64,000 nt of DNA. It comes from a virus (lineage: Duplodnaviria; Caudoviricetes). Shown piece after piece: positions 1 through 8,969 of this stretch; the stretch's first letter is position 1; each line of letters starts with the position of its first letter. The notes below the pieces were generated by a model. That model saw nothing but the letters and a program-made list of their open reading frames with translations. It searched no databases and had not been told where the DNA came from. The stretch is from the IMG/VR virus record IMGVR_UViG_3300042291_000844, positions 160,001 to 224,000 of that record; one strand, 5' to 3'. The translations under genes were made by a program, and so were the position numbers.

Positions 1-116
1 ATTCAGTAAGTAACACTTTCTCCGGCCGGATGGTGGTCTACCCCATATTACTTACCTATCTCGTTCTCACCACCCCCGAGACAGGAGGGCTTGTCTGCCA
101 ATTTCAACACCTTACA
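1..116 (-). tRNA. Atypical tRNA-like element (Leu-type D arm, GTC loop, long insertion); 3' part lies outside the window
   Basis: Minus strand reads TGTAAGG-TG-TTGAAATTGGCAGACAA-G-CCCTC-CTGTCTC-GGGGG, followed by more than 70 nt with no T arm before the window edge. Confidence 0.5.
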
Positions 117-211
117 ATTTTGAACTAACTCACTGGAAACCTTATAATTGAATTTAATCAACTTATGGGTTAAGTACTCCGTTTATGTTAGTTCCTCGTA
201 CTCCAAGTTTG

Positions 212-296
212 CAGAGAGTTAGGGATTCGAACCCCAGATACCTTTCAGTATGCCAGTTTTCAAGACTGGTGCCATCAACCACTCGGCCAACTCTCT
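212..296 (-). tRNA. tRNA-Ser(TGA), CCA not encoded
   Basis: Full cloverleaf: AGAGAGT/ACTCTCT acceptor, GCCGAGTGG D arm, CCAGT-CTTGAAA-ACTGG anticodon arm, long variable arm, GGTTCGAATCC T arm, G discriminator. Confidence 0.95.
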
Positions 297-304
297 GTTT
301 AATA

Positions 305-574
305 TTATTGAATATGAGTTTCTTCGTTTCGAAGTGCTCTCACATCTAATGTAATATTTGATTGTCTTCTTCTTGCTTCTTCAGCTTCTTTGTACCAACG
401 AATCCAAGTTAAGGATACATCGATTGGTGCAAGAACCCACGCCATTACCACTACCATAATAGTATCCAATTCAGGAGAACCACCAGTAGGGTCATTGCTG
501 TATCTTTTATCTAAATTTTTAAATAATTGATAGAAACAATAAAGAACACAAATAATGTAATACGTTAAAAACAT
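305..574 (-). CDS. Hypothetical membrane protein
   Basis: 89 aa with two hydrophobic segments. Confidence 0.7.
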   Translation of the reverse strand: MFLTYYIICVLYCFYQLFKNLDKRYSNDPTGGSPELDTIMVVVMAWVLAPIDVSLTWIRWYKEAEEARRRQSNITLDVRALRNEETHIQ

Positions 575-588
575 ATATTAAATTTTAA

Positions 589-789
589 TTAAACGCCTGA
601 AGTTTTTACATCAACTAAAAAATGTTTTAATCTTTCTAATTTTTCAATTGTTGTAGTAGTCCCTGCGATTGGATTTAGTTCCAAAATAATATCATCTAAT
701 GATGCTGCCGTTACTAAAAGGGCATCGTCTTTAGAATTTAAAAAGTTGTCTGAAATCCTGTACTTTTTGCAAATTTCCTGTAAGTTCAT
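589..789 (-). CDS. Hypothetical protein
   Basis: 66 aa ORF in co-directional run. Confidence 0.7.
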   Translation of the reverse strand: MNLQEICKKYRISDNFLNSKDDALLVTAASLDDIILELNPIAGTTTTIEKLERLKHFLVDVKTSGV

Positions 790-835
790 AATGTTTGGGT
801 TTTATATTATATATGTATATATATATTAAGTTATT

Positions 836-1501
836 TTATTTTGAGTATTCTTCTAATTCTTCTTCGTACCAACCATTATACATTTCTCTAATTTCTAATG
901 GAACTCCTTTTCCAAAGTCATTACTTTCCCAACCATATTGTAAGTACGCTTGAATCTCATCTTTAATAACTGATTCGGTATATCCCATTTCTAATAAATT
1001 CTTTTCAAATATATTATAATTTTCTTTATGTATTAATGCAGTAACGGCATCTGCAGTTGCTTTATAATTAGGATTGGTATAATATAATCCATGACAAACT
1101 TCGTGTTTAAATGTATCCCCTTCGGTATTACCTGCCCCAATAATATATCCATCGGCATCTTCACCATTTAAATCGTATAACTTATGAATGATAGATTCCA
1201 TCACATCATCGTAATCAGTATACCTATCAGTTAGAGTATCATAACAAGTATATGCAATTTCTAATGGTACATTAAATCCACTCCAATCACTTCCATATGT
1301 AAACCCTTTACCATATTCGTTGGTATACCATTTCATATATTCAGAAAAACTAAAATCCTTATTACCTCTAAATGCTGGGTTTGGTGATTCGTAGAATTCT
1401 TGTATTCTTAAAAAGGTCATTGCCCTATCATATGAATCTTCAATGATAACTGCAAAGATTTTTGGTTTAACCTTTTCTATTTTATAGTTTATATCTATCA
1501 T
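836..1501 (-). CDS. Hypothetical protein with HExxH motif (possible Zn metallopeptidase fold)
   Basis: TFKHEVCHGLYY motif in 221 aa ORF. Confidence 0.5.
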   Translation of the reverse strand: MIDINYKIEKVKPKIFAVIIEDSYDRAMTFLRIQEFYESPNPAFRGNKDFSFSEYMKWYTNEYGKGFTYGSDWSGFNVPLEIAYTCYDTLTDRYTDYDDVMESIIHKLYDLNGEDADGYIIGAGNTEGDTFKHEVCHGLYYTNPNYKATADAVTALIHKENYNIFEKNLLEMGYTESVIKDEIQAYLQYGWESNDFGKGVPLEIREMYNGWYEEELEEYSK

Positions 1502-1504
1502 TTA

Positions 1505-1702
1505 TTATCTTTTAAATTTTATTTGATGTAGCAATCCCATTGGAACGATTGCCCATGCTAATAACATTGATGGGAAAATCTTAGCAATAACTTCCATTAA
1601 AGTAAAATCTTCTTTATCTTCAAATCTTGATGGATGGGCTATTAACCAATACACTCCATATATTGTTGTTAGCATCCAATACGCAATTAATATGTTTATC
1701 AT
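1505..1702 (-). CDS. Small membrane protein
   Basis: 65 aa, two hydrophobic helices. Confidence 0.65.
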   Translation of the reverse strand: MINILIAYWMLTTIYGVYWLIAHPSRFEDKEDFTLMEVIAKIFPSMLLAWAIVPMGLLHQIKFKR

Positions 1703-1720
1703 AGTTTAAATTTTGTAAAG

Positions 1721-1752
1721 CTAAATTACGATAAATTAGTGAGATTTCCAAA
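1721..1752 (-). promoter_or_regulatory. Bacteroidota sigma70-type promoter
   Basis: TTTG-N20-TAATTTAG(CTTT). Confidence 0.75.
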
Positions 1753-1930
1753 TTTATTTTATTGTATTTCTGGAGGATTGATTATCAACATATTATGAAT
1801 ATTCAAAATGTTAATAACTTTTTTAAAAAAACCTTGTTAAATTTTCTGAAAAGCTTATAATTATAAAAGAGCTTTAAAACTAGAAGCTGATATAGTTAAG
1901 AAAAGAGTATAAGTAAGAGTTTATAGCTAA

Positions 1931-2179
1931 TTAGCTTTTCCACTTACCTCCATCTTTAATCCATTCATTTCTTAATTTTTTTAAGAGTTCTTGTTCATCA
2001 CTCGCTTCTCGATACCATCCCTTTTCATGTAGATGTGCTAAAAAAGTTCTAGCGGCCATTATAGTATCAACATCCATTATAGGGGTTGTTGACTCCATCA
2101 TTTCATCTCGCAACCATTCATCAATTAAATTAATTAATTTTAATTGGTCTTTATCTAAATAGATTACACTACCTTTCAT
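1931..2179 (-). CDS. Hypothetical protein
   Basis: 82 aa ORF. Confidence 0.7.
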   Translation of the reverse strand: MKGSVIYLDKDQLKLINLIDEWLRDEMMESTTPIMDVDTIMAARTFLAHLHEKGWYREASDEQELLKKLRNEWIKDGGKWKS

Positions 2180-2200
2180 ATCGATTTTGAGCGGGCAAGG

Positions 2201-2470
2201 TTAATGAGAAAATGGGTTTCCATATATTGAGGTGTAAATACCTACAATACCCACAATTAACCAAAAGAAATTCAATAGGATATATGGTTTATTATTACGT
2301 TGCCATGCAGCGTAAGTTAAGATAACGGCATCAACTGAATTCCATATCCACATCCAAAGAAATGGAGTATCTGGTCCCATTATTGAAAGAGTTCCAAACG
2401 CTATAATTCTCATTATAACACCAATACCCTCTAATAACTCAATCCTCTTTTCATTCTTTATTGATTTCAT
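2201..2470 (-). CDS. 3-TM membrane protein (CBU_0592/PQ-loop-like)
   Basis: Three hydrophobic helices; LLNFFWLIVG C-terminal pattern. Confidence 0.5.
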   Translation of the reverse strand: MKSIKNEKRIELLEGIGVIMRIIAFGTLSIMGPDTPFLWMWIWNSVDAVILTYAAWQRNNKPYILLNFFWLIVGIVGIYTSIYGNPFSH

Positions 2471-3102
2471 ATTAACTCTAGTTTTTCATTAATTAATAAA
2501 TTATAAAATTTATTTGCTTTATCCATATCTTTTACTAATTCATCCCACAACTCAGGTATACTTTCTTTAATCCAATTTGATAATTTTTGTTTACTTGTAA
2601 ATGCATATTTAAACCGTCCTTTAAGTGCAGGAATTCCATAATCAAATTTATCATGTGGAATATCAACATTACACTTTTCTTTTAAGAATGATGTTAAATC
2701 AGATAAGTGAATAACTTTAATTGTATTGGTATTATCTTTCCAAAAGTTATATAAGATTTCATAATAATTAATATCCCAATGAGTAGTACCACGAGTATTT
2801 GTATCAGTAGTAATAAAGTTTTTAATTAATGGAATTGCGGTTTCAATTGATAATGATTCCTTATTAAGATAATACCACATAAAAATTTCAGTATGTAATG
2901 CCGATTGTAAATGTTCAAATGGTTCTCGTATTACAATAGTAGATATGTTTTTCATATCATATACTCCATTATTTTCCCATATTGAATAATCCTCTGAACT
3001 ATAATTAGCATCTTTAATATCATTTGGATATACTATTTCCAAATAAGTACTACCACATTTAAGTGGAGTTAATATTTGATTATTAAATATTTTAAAAGTC
3101 AT
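2467..3102 (-). CDS. Sulfotransferase-like protein
   Basis: PLKCGSTYL (5'-PSB-like) and IREPFEHLQS (3'-PB-like) motifs. Confidence 0.55.
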   Translation of the reverse strand: MTFKIFNNQILTPLKCGSTYLEIVYPNDIKDANYSSEDYSIWENNGVYDMKNISTIVIREPFEHLQSALHTEIFMWYYLNKESLSIETAIPLIKNFITTDTNTRGTTHWDINYYEILYNFWKDNTNTIKVIHLSDLTSFLKEKCNVDIPHDKFDYGIPALKGRFKYAFTSKQKLSNWIKESIPELWDELVKDMDKANKFYNLLINEKLELI

Positions 3103-3120
3103 TTATATAATTGTTTTATC

Positions 3121-4821
3121 TTATTTACTTAATTCCAACTGTCTTTGTAATAATTCTGCTGCTTCCTTTTCTTTCATTTGTTCTTCGTGTAATTCTTGAT
3201 ATAAGCCTCTATTGTAAATAGAATATGGAATACCTATTTTTTTAAATGATGCTTCAATCTTTTCTAATCTATCTAATCTATCTTTTGGTGTATTATATTT
3301 AGTTGAAAAATTTACACCATTTATATATTCAATCCATTCTTTCTCAGTATCTCTCCATCTAATTAATAAAGGTTGATGTATTAAAAATGCAGAACACGTT
3401 AAAATTTCAGACATAACATCATGATATTCCTCTACAAAATCTACGGTCTGCTGGAAATCTTCTTCAGTCTCATTTAGGTATCCAATAATTAATTGCATTG
3501 CAAACATTAGAGGATATTCGTTTTCTTTATTAATTTGTCTAACATTTTCAAAAATTTGTCTTACCCCATCCATATCGGTATACTTCTTCATATGTTCTAA
3601 TACCGGCTCAGAAGCAGATTCAAATCCTGTAATCATTTTCATTAATCCGGCTTGACGATATAATCGCATCGTATCGATATCTCGCATAATAGATTGTAAT
3701 CTCATATTACCACCCCAAGTGATTCCACCTAATCCACCCCAACCTTTTTCAATAATTCTTTCACAAAAAGTTCTTAACCATTTTGCATTACCATTAATAA
3801 TACTATCATGACAAAAGAAATTTGTTCTGCCTTTATTAATCCAATATTCAATTTCATCAATTACGTTTTCAATATTACGATAACGGAATTCTGGTATGAA
3901 ATCTGGTACTGAACAAAATGAACATCTATAAGGACAACCCCTACTCATTACTAATGGCACATTATGTTGATATACCGATTTATAATAATAGTTATCTTCT
4001 AAGGATGAGTAATCAGGGAATGGTAGTAAATTCATATCCACATTTGCACGAGTAGAGTTATGGATAAGAACTCCATTTAATCTCCAAACAATTCCTTTTA
4101 TTTTTAAAAGTGATTCCTCACTCATATCAGATTTTAGAATTTCAACAAACGTTACTTCACCATCACCTCTAGATATTATATCTATGAAATGATAATCATG
4201 TGTTTTATAATTTGAATTTGGTAATTTACCAAAATCTAATACTTCTACCCCATTACCACCTAAAAGAATTTTAACGTGTGGATATTTTTCTTTAACCAAT
4301 CTTGCTATAGCTAATGAGGCATCTATATTACCATCAATGATACTAAATCCGATAAACGCCGGATTTGCTTTTTCAATATACCTACCCACATATCCATACG
4401 CCATATCATAAATTTCTTTATGATTATATAGGAGTTCATATTGCCCTTGTTTTGAATAAGTGTTAAATAGATTAAAAAACTCACTTCCTTTATCAGGGGG
4501 ATTCAAAAAGAAATAATCTATAATAGGGTCTATGATTGCGACTCTTAAATCTGGATGAAATTTATCTATATATGATTTCAATCCAACAATACCGGAGTAA
4601 TAACCTGATTCATTTATATTTGGTACTTGCAATAATAAACAATCTTGTTCCTCAATATCTTCAAATAAAAATTTATGTTGAACTTCGATATGACTATTAA
4701 CTGCAATGTTTTGTTGACGGATGTATTGTAAAAGGTCAACCTTTACATCCATAACAGCCTTACCACTTTCTATTTGTTCTTTTAACCGCTTTTCGGTTTT
4801 TTTTATCTCCTCTTCAGACAT
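3121..4821 (-). CDS. B12-binding radical SAM protein (class B methyltransferase-like)
   Basis: SRGCPYRCSFC CxxxCxxC motif; upstream cobalamin-binding domain (GFS...ILLGG...GDGE); GFES motif; start moved to MSEEEIK to avoid overlap with the upstream gene. Confidence 0.88.
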   Translation of the reverse strand: MSEEEIKKTEKRLKEQIESGKAVMDVKVDLLQYIRQQNIAVNSHIEVQHKFLFEDIEEQDCLLLQVPNINESGYYSGIVGLKSYIDKFHPDLRVAIIDPIIDYFFLNPPDKGSEFFNLFNTYSKQGQYELLYNHKEIYDMAYGYVGRYIEKANPAFIGFSIIDGNIDASLAIARLVKEKYPHVKILLGGNGVEVLDFGKLPNSNYKTHDYHFIDIISRGDGEVTFVEILKSDMSEESLLKIKGIVWRLNGVLIHNSTRANVDMNLLPFPDYSSLEDNYYYKSVYQHNVPLVMSRGCPYRCSFCSVPDFIPEFRYRNIENVIDEIEYWINKGRTNFFCHDSIINGNAKWLRTFCERIIEKGWGGLGGITWGGNMRLQSIMRDIDTMRLYRQAGLMKMITGFESASEPVLEHMKKYTDMDGVRQIFENVRQINKENEYPLMFAMQLIIGYLNETEEDFQQTVDFVEEYHDVMSEILTCSAFLIHQPLLIRWRDTEKEWIEYINGVNFSTKYNTPKDRLDRLEKIEASFKKIGIPYSIYNRGLYQELHEEQMKEKEAAELLQRQLELSK

Positions 4822-4834
4822 ATATATTTTATAA

Positions 4835-5095
4835 TTACCATTTACCAATTGGACATTGAGAACCGCGAGATAGTGTTTTTGCTGATATGTTACAACCACA
4901 ACCAAACTTTCGTTCACCGGTTGTTATATGGATTCCCCATTTGTTTGGGTCACACGAATTACCTGTTCTAATTAAACATTTATCACAATGTAATAAACGA
5001 TTAGATGCTAAGTCCTGAGTATCAGAATCTAAGATATCAAATTGCTGTCTAACATAATTACCCCAACCCTCTAAGATATGTATAATGTTAGCCAT
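4835..5095 (-). CDS. Small Cys-rich protein (DUF6171-like)
   Basis: CxxC...C...GCGC...AK...CPxGKW pattern. Confidence 0.6.
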   Translation of the reverse strand: MANIIHILEGWGNYVRQQFDILDSDTQDLASNRLLHCDKCLIRTGNSCDPNKWGIHITTGERKFGCGCNISAKTLSRGSQCPIGKW

Positions 5096-5212
5096 TTACT
5101 TTTTTATTTTTTTAGTTAAATCTTTTTTTGCTATTCTAGCTAACCAAACAAAAAATGCACCTGCTATGAATGCACCTCCTGCGTTTACTATTTGATTTAT
5201 ATCCATATAATT

Positions 5213-5392
5213 TTATTTTATCCAATCATCGTATGCGTATTGATATGAATCAACCGCTGAGTGACCTTCTGATAAATATCCTTCTGCAGAAATTTCCACT
5301 TCCGCTCTAAGACCCCATGCAGATGCTTCTAATAAAATCATTTCGATTTCTTGTAAATCACCAATTGTAAGGTTTTCTTTTTCAGTTTTCAT
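5213..5392 (-). CDS. Hypothetical acidic protein (59 aa, not in ORF track)
   Basis: Manual translation MKTEKENLTIGDL...YDDWIK. Confidence 0.6.
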   Translation of the reverse strand: MKTEKENLTIGDLQEIEMILLEASAWGLRAEVEISAEGYLSEGHSAVDSYQYAYDDWIK

Positions 5393-5541
5393 TTATGTTT
5401 ATTTTTTGTAATCAAATCGTTTATAATCCTTATAGACCAATAAAGCCATAATTCCTATTATACCAAATAATACTATTAATTCAATAGTTGCTAAGGTGTA
5501 ATCCACCCATGTATATATATGTTCCATAAATATTTATATGT

Positions 5542-5796
5542 TTAAATAAAACAATTCTTACTACACATTGCCAATAAGAAAATGTTATTTTTACAATCGG
5601 TATCTGCTCTACTAAGTGATAGATATAAATTGTTGGCAACTACTGCTTCTACAAACCCACCACCTGCATAAGATGATTTATCACGGGTACACATAATCGA
5701 TACCATAATATCTAAGATGTGTTCACTTACGTTATCACAATTCCACTCTTTAGCGAATTGAATCGCACGTTCTTTACATTGTTCTCTGATGTCCAT
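5542..5796 (-). CDS. Hypothetical protein
   Basis: 84 aa ORF. Confidence 0.7.
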   Translation of the reverse strand: MDIREQCKERAIQFAKEWNCDNVSEHILDIMVSIMCTRDKSSYAGGGFVEAVVANNLYLSLSRADTDCKNNIFLLAMCSKNCFI

Positions 5797-5824
5797 ATTT
5801 TATATTTTAAAGTTTACTAATTAA

Positions 5825-6043
5825 TTATCTAACTACCTCACCACGATTTAACCAGAATATATCATTCCTTCTGGCATTCAATTCCCATTTAGCAAGGTCA
5901 AACATTTCATCACTAATCAATCCCCTCTCAAAAAAATAATCCATATTCAAATCAAATGGAGAAACACGCAAATGCATTGCACGATTCACTACAAAATCAC
6001 AATACTCATTAACACTCATACCACGTATATCTAACAATTCCAT
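5825..6043 (-). CDS. Hypothetical protein
   Basis: Likely ATG start MELLDIR within the track ORF. Confidence 0.6.
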   Translation of the reverse strand: MELLDIRGMSVNEYCDFVVNRAMHLRVSPFDLNMDYFFERGLISDEMFDLAKWELNARRNDIFWLNRGEVVR

Positions 6044-6175
6044 AATATTATTGTTTAGGTTTGAAACAAATTTCGGTTTTAGGAAGGTGGTCAACCTCAA
6101 TAGCGGTAACACGTAATCGACAAGGATGGTCGGTTACCATTAAGAACACAATCAAAGCAATCAATCTCTCTCTCA

Positions 6176-6234
6176 TTACAAAGCTAAACTACAAAATAAA
6201 GCTGATATTTCCAAATTTTTTATCATTTATTTTT
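6176..6234 (-). repeat. Promoter cassette, copy A of a 59-bp direct repeat
   Basis: TTTG-N20-TAGTTTAG at 6184-6215; 4 mismatches to 6496-6554. Confidence 0.85.
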
Positions 6235-6481
6235 GGATAAAGTTAATAGTATATTGAATTCGGTTAATGATATTAGTAGGTAATCCTAATTGTTTAGCGG
6301 ATTCTAACATCTCGGTATAAAGGTAACCATCCCATACACCACATAACATATTGTAAACTTCGTTGAACCACGACTCATTTTGGTTCATATGGAAATCCTC
6401 AACCATTCGTAGGGTGGTACTATGATAGTTCATCATTTCTTTGGTGAACAATTGGTGGCGGTTAAATCTTAGAGTATTCAT
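6227..6481 (-). CDS. Hypothetical protein flanked by direct repeats
   Basis: 84 aa ORF between two cassette copies. Confidence 0.7.
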   Translation of the reverse strand: MNTLRFNRHQLFTKEMMNYHSTTLRMVEDFHMNQNESWFNEVYNMLCGVWDGYLYTEMLESAKQLGLPTNIINRIQYTINFIQK

Positions 6482-6495
6482 ATCTTATCGTTTTA

Positions 6496-6554
6496 TTACA
6501 TAGCTAAACTACAAAATAAAGCTCACATTTCCAAATTTTTCATCATTTATTTTT
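6496..6554 (-). repeat. Promoter cassette, copy B of a 59-bp direct repeat
   Basis: TTTG-N20-TAGTTTAG at 6504-6535. Confidence 0.85.
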
Positions 6555-6560
6555 AATTAA

Positions 6561-6568
6561 ATATTTAT
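6561..6568 (+). promoter_or_regulatory. Putative late-promoter motif ATATTTAT
   Basis: Lies 4 nt before the ATG of the + strand island; same motif precedes genes at 8277, 50222, 58845, 59405 and 61778. Confidence 0.5.
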
Positions 6569-6572
6569 AGGT

Positions 6573-7115
6573 ATGATACGATTACGAGATTTGCTAACTG
6601 AACGACCAATAGATATCCCAAAGAATACGTGGACTCCCATTATGCGTTCTGAACTACCAGATTTCAAGCAACAAATATACGATTTAATTGCCACTGCCTA
6701 TGCTCCAATTGGTGGTCATTCTAATGTGAAGGATAAAGAAGACCTACCTGGTGAGGGTGATTTCTTTGATGTAATAGATGTGGACGGTGATGATGAAATT
6801 GATGCAGCAACTGTAGCTAAATATAAATCGGCTGGTAAAAAGTTTATTGCATTAGGGCACGATGGTTCTTCATCAGGTAAATCAGCAGCGGTGAATCATC
6901 AAGTGGATAAACTAAAGAAGGGTGGATATTATGTAGAGGTATCCGGTAAGATGCGAGATATATTTATAGGTAAAGGATTAGAACCTGTTACCGATGAAGA
7001 GTCAGTTCGTAGGGCGTTAAAAGGAAAAGATATTAAATGGAATGGAGATGGTTCATACGATAGAAAAATTGGTGGTGCTATTCACACTAAAATGATGTTT
7101 GGAAAAGTAAGATAA
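6573..7115 (+). CDS. Putative internal virion protein, paralog of 7433..7981
   Basis: MIRLRDLLTE N-terminus; DVDGDD loop; aligns by eye with 7433..7981. Confidence 0.6.
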   Translation: MIRLRDLLTERPIDIPKNTWTPIMRSELPDFKQQIYDLIATAYAPIGGHSNVKDKEDLPGEGDFFDVIDVDGDDEIDAATVAKYKSAGKKFIALGHDGSSSGKSAAVNHQVDKLKKGGYYVEVSGKMRDIFIGKGLEPVTDEESVRRALKGKDIKWNGDGSYDRKIGGAIHTKMMFGKVR

Positions 7116-7432
7116 TGATAAAGTTAAAAGATATATTAAAAGAGGAAGTAGTCGAAGATATTGATTTTGTAAATAACAGAATGAATGGAGCTGCAAAAAT
7201 AACTCAAACTGCAAAAGAGAAAGGTGGAGATGCACTATTAACATACCATCACTTTGTTGTAAAGTTACCATACTATGAGAAGGCAAAAAATGGTGAATTA
7301 GATATTGATGTTGCTAAAAAAGAATTCATAGAAACATTAGGTAAAATATCCTTAGATATGGACCAGACTACTTTTCAAACCGAAGTAGGTAGATTAGAAG
7401 TGTTAGGTGAATTATTTATAAATAATAAATAA
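7115..7432 (+). CDS. Putative internal virion protein
   Basis: MIKLKDILKE N-terminus; translationally coupled (TAATG). Confidence 0.55.
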   Translation: MIKLKDILKEEVVEDIDFVNNRMNGAAKITQTAKEKGGDALLTYHHFVVKLPYYEKAKNGELDIDVAKKEFIETLGKISLDMDQTTFQTEVGRLEVLGELFINNK

Positions 7433-7981
7433 ATGATTAAGTTACTAGAGATATTACAAGAATTTGAAATACCATCAGGTCAATGGGTTAACTACGATTT
7501 ACAAAAAGTAGATAAAGATGGTATGGATATCATTTGGGATATGTATAAATCATCTTACCTTAAACAAGGAATGGATTTATCTGCTAACTCAGCAGGGGAG
7601 ATGCAATCCAAATATAAAGCAGTTCGTTTAAAGGATATCGATAATGATAATGTACCCGATGAGTTTATCATATATAAGGTAACTAAGTTTGGTAATAAGA
7701 TTGCACTACTTGCAACTAATGGTAAACCCGAAGCAAAAAGAGATTTAGTTAAGCAAACTATTAAGTTAACTAAAACTGCAGGATGGTTTATTGAGGCTAG
7801 TTTAAAGATGGAGGAAATTCTATCTTCAGCTGGTGCACCATTTGTTACTGATGAGAATAAAATAATTGATATCATAGGTAAGGATAAAGAACCACAGTTT
7901 ATTGGTAATGGATATTATACTCGCTCACTATCTAAGGTGAGTAAAAGAATTACAAAAAGAATATACGGCAAACCTCGCTAA
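7433..7981 (+). CDS. Putative internal virion protein, paralog of 6573..7115
   Basis: MIKLLEILQE N-terminus; DIDNDN loop; shared VTDE and G(D/N)GxYxR motifs. Confidence 0.6.
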   Translation: MIKLLEILQEFEIPSGQWVNYDLQKVDKDGMDIIWDMYKSSYLKQGMDLSANSAGEMQSKYKAVRLKDIDNDNVPDEFIIYKVTKFGNKIALLATNGKPEAKRDLVKQTIKLTKTAGWFIEASLKMEEILSSAGAPFVTDENKIIDIIGKDKEPQFIGNGYYTRSLSKVSKRITKRIYGKPR

Positions 7982-7984
7982 ATA

Positions 7985-8005
7985 CAAAAAACCCCAATTG
8001 GGGTT
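7985..8005. terminator. Intrinsic terminator between convergent genes
   Basis: AACCCC-AATT-GGGGTT hairpin with an adjacent A tract. Confidence 0.6.
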
Positions 8006-8028
8006 CTTCGGCACGGCATGCAAGATTT

Positions 8029-8277
8029 TTAAATAGCTCCTTCGGTATGAGCCTTATTATCATCCCAATCATCCCAACCATCACGGCCAGTTAGATTATT
8101 GATGACAGATTCATTAAGTGATTTGTTAACCGGTCTTGTGTAACGATTCTCTCTATCGTGTAACCAAGTCTCTAATTCAAAATCGATATCACATAATGTG
8201 ATATCATTTCTTTTTTTGGAAAACAAACCAGATTTACCTTTGGATGCTAAACTTGTCTTTAGAAGTTTGAACAACAT
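8029..8277 (-). CDS. Hypothetical protein
   Basis: 82 aa ORF preceded by ATATTTAT. Confidence 0.55.
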   Translation of the reverse strand: MLFKLLKTSLASKGKSGLFSKKRNDITLCDIDFELETWLHDRENRYTRPVNKSLNESVINNLTGRDGWDDWDDNKAHTEGAI

Positions 8278-8331
8278 GGTAGGTGGAATTGGGTTTAGGT
8301 AAAAGTATATATTCGTATATAAATATAAATA

Positions 8332-8676
8332 TTATTTCCAAAAAAGCTGTATTGATAATATACTAAGTGCCAACATTAAACAAACCAAAGTTTTCAATGA
8401 AACTGGCTCTTTAAATAATATGACACTAAGTGCTATAAATACTACTATACCAATCCCAAACCCAATCAATCTACTCGGCCATAACTGACCATTAAATAGT
8501 AATACTAATGCTTCTACCGATTTTAAATAAAACCACGATGCCGGAATTGATGCTAATAGGGTTAGCATTGGGTAATCTTTATACCATCCATATTTTACAC
8601 TCCCTTGCAATTGCATGAAAGATAATATCTGTCCCATAATTCCATATAGGATTCCGTAGAATAGATTAGGATTCAT
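8332..8676 (-). CDS. 4-TM membrane protein (SMR/EamA-like)
   Basis: Four hydrophobic helices; LFKEPVSLKTLVCL resembles the DMT C-terminal pattern. Confidence 0.55.
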   Translation of the reverse strand: MNPNLFYGILYGIMGQILSFMQLQGSVKYGWYKDYPMLTLLASIPASWFYLKSVEALVLLFNGQLWPSRLIGFGIGIVVFIALSVILFKEPVSLKTLVCLMLALSILSIQLFWK

Positions 8677-8969
8677 TATTCCGTTTCGTGATTTAAATAA
8701 TCATCAAACTCTTTTGCAGCTGATGGGTTTACTTCATATAGATGTTCTAACGCTAGTTCATATCTACCATTAGTAGATTGTAAATTAAATAATTCACTAT
8801 TCAATGAATCAATGATATTTGCTTTTTGTATATCACCACCTTGTATAAATTGTTGATTCTTCAATTCCTTAATCTGAGAGCGTTGTTGTGCTGTTAATAA
8901 TAGTAATATACATGCTCCACCGATTGTAAAATACTTTTGATTGTTTTTAATAAAGTTAATCATTTTCAT
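8676..8969 (-). CDS. Membrane-anchored coiled-coil protein
   Basis: N-terminal hydrophobic stretch followed by heptads. Confidence 0.6.
   Translation of the reverse strand: MKMINFIKNNQKYFTIGGACILLLLTAQQRSQIKELKNQQFIQGGDIQKANIIDSLNSELFNLQSTNGRYELALEHLYEVNPSAAKEFDDYLNHETE

Noticed and set aside
1850-1930. AAAGCT-TATAATTATA...AGCTTT palindromic AT-rich stretch
   Set aside because: Short and low-complexity; expected by chance at this AT content; no second copy found
4822-4917. Track N-terminal extension of the radical SAM protein
   Set aside because: Overlaps the upstream Cys-rich gene; MSEEEIK at 4821 fits better
7053-7875. Minus-strand ORFs opposite the + island, and similar + ORFs opposite minus genes elsewhere (e.g. 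11180, 16854, 44893, 49546)
   Set aside because: Fully nested antisense to well-supported genes; no recognisable motifs
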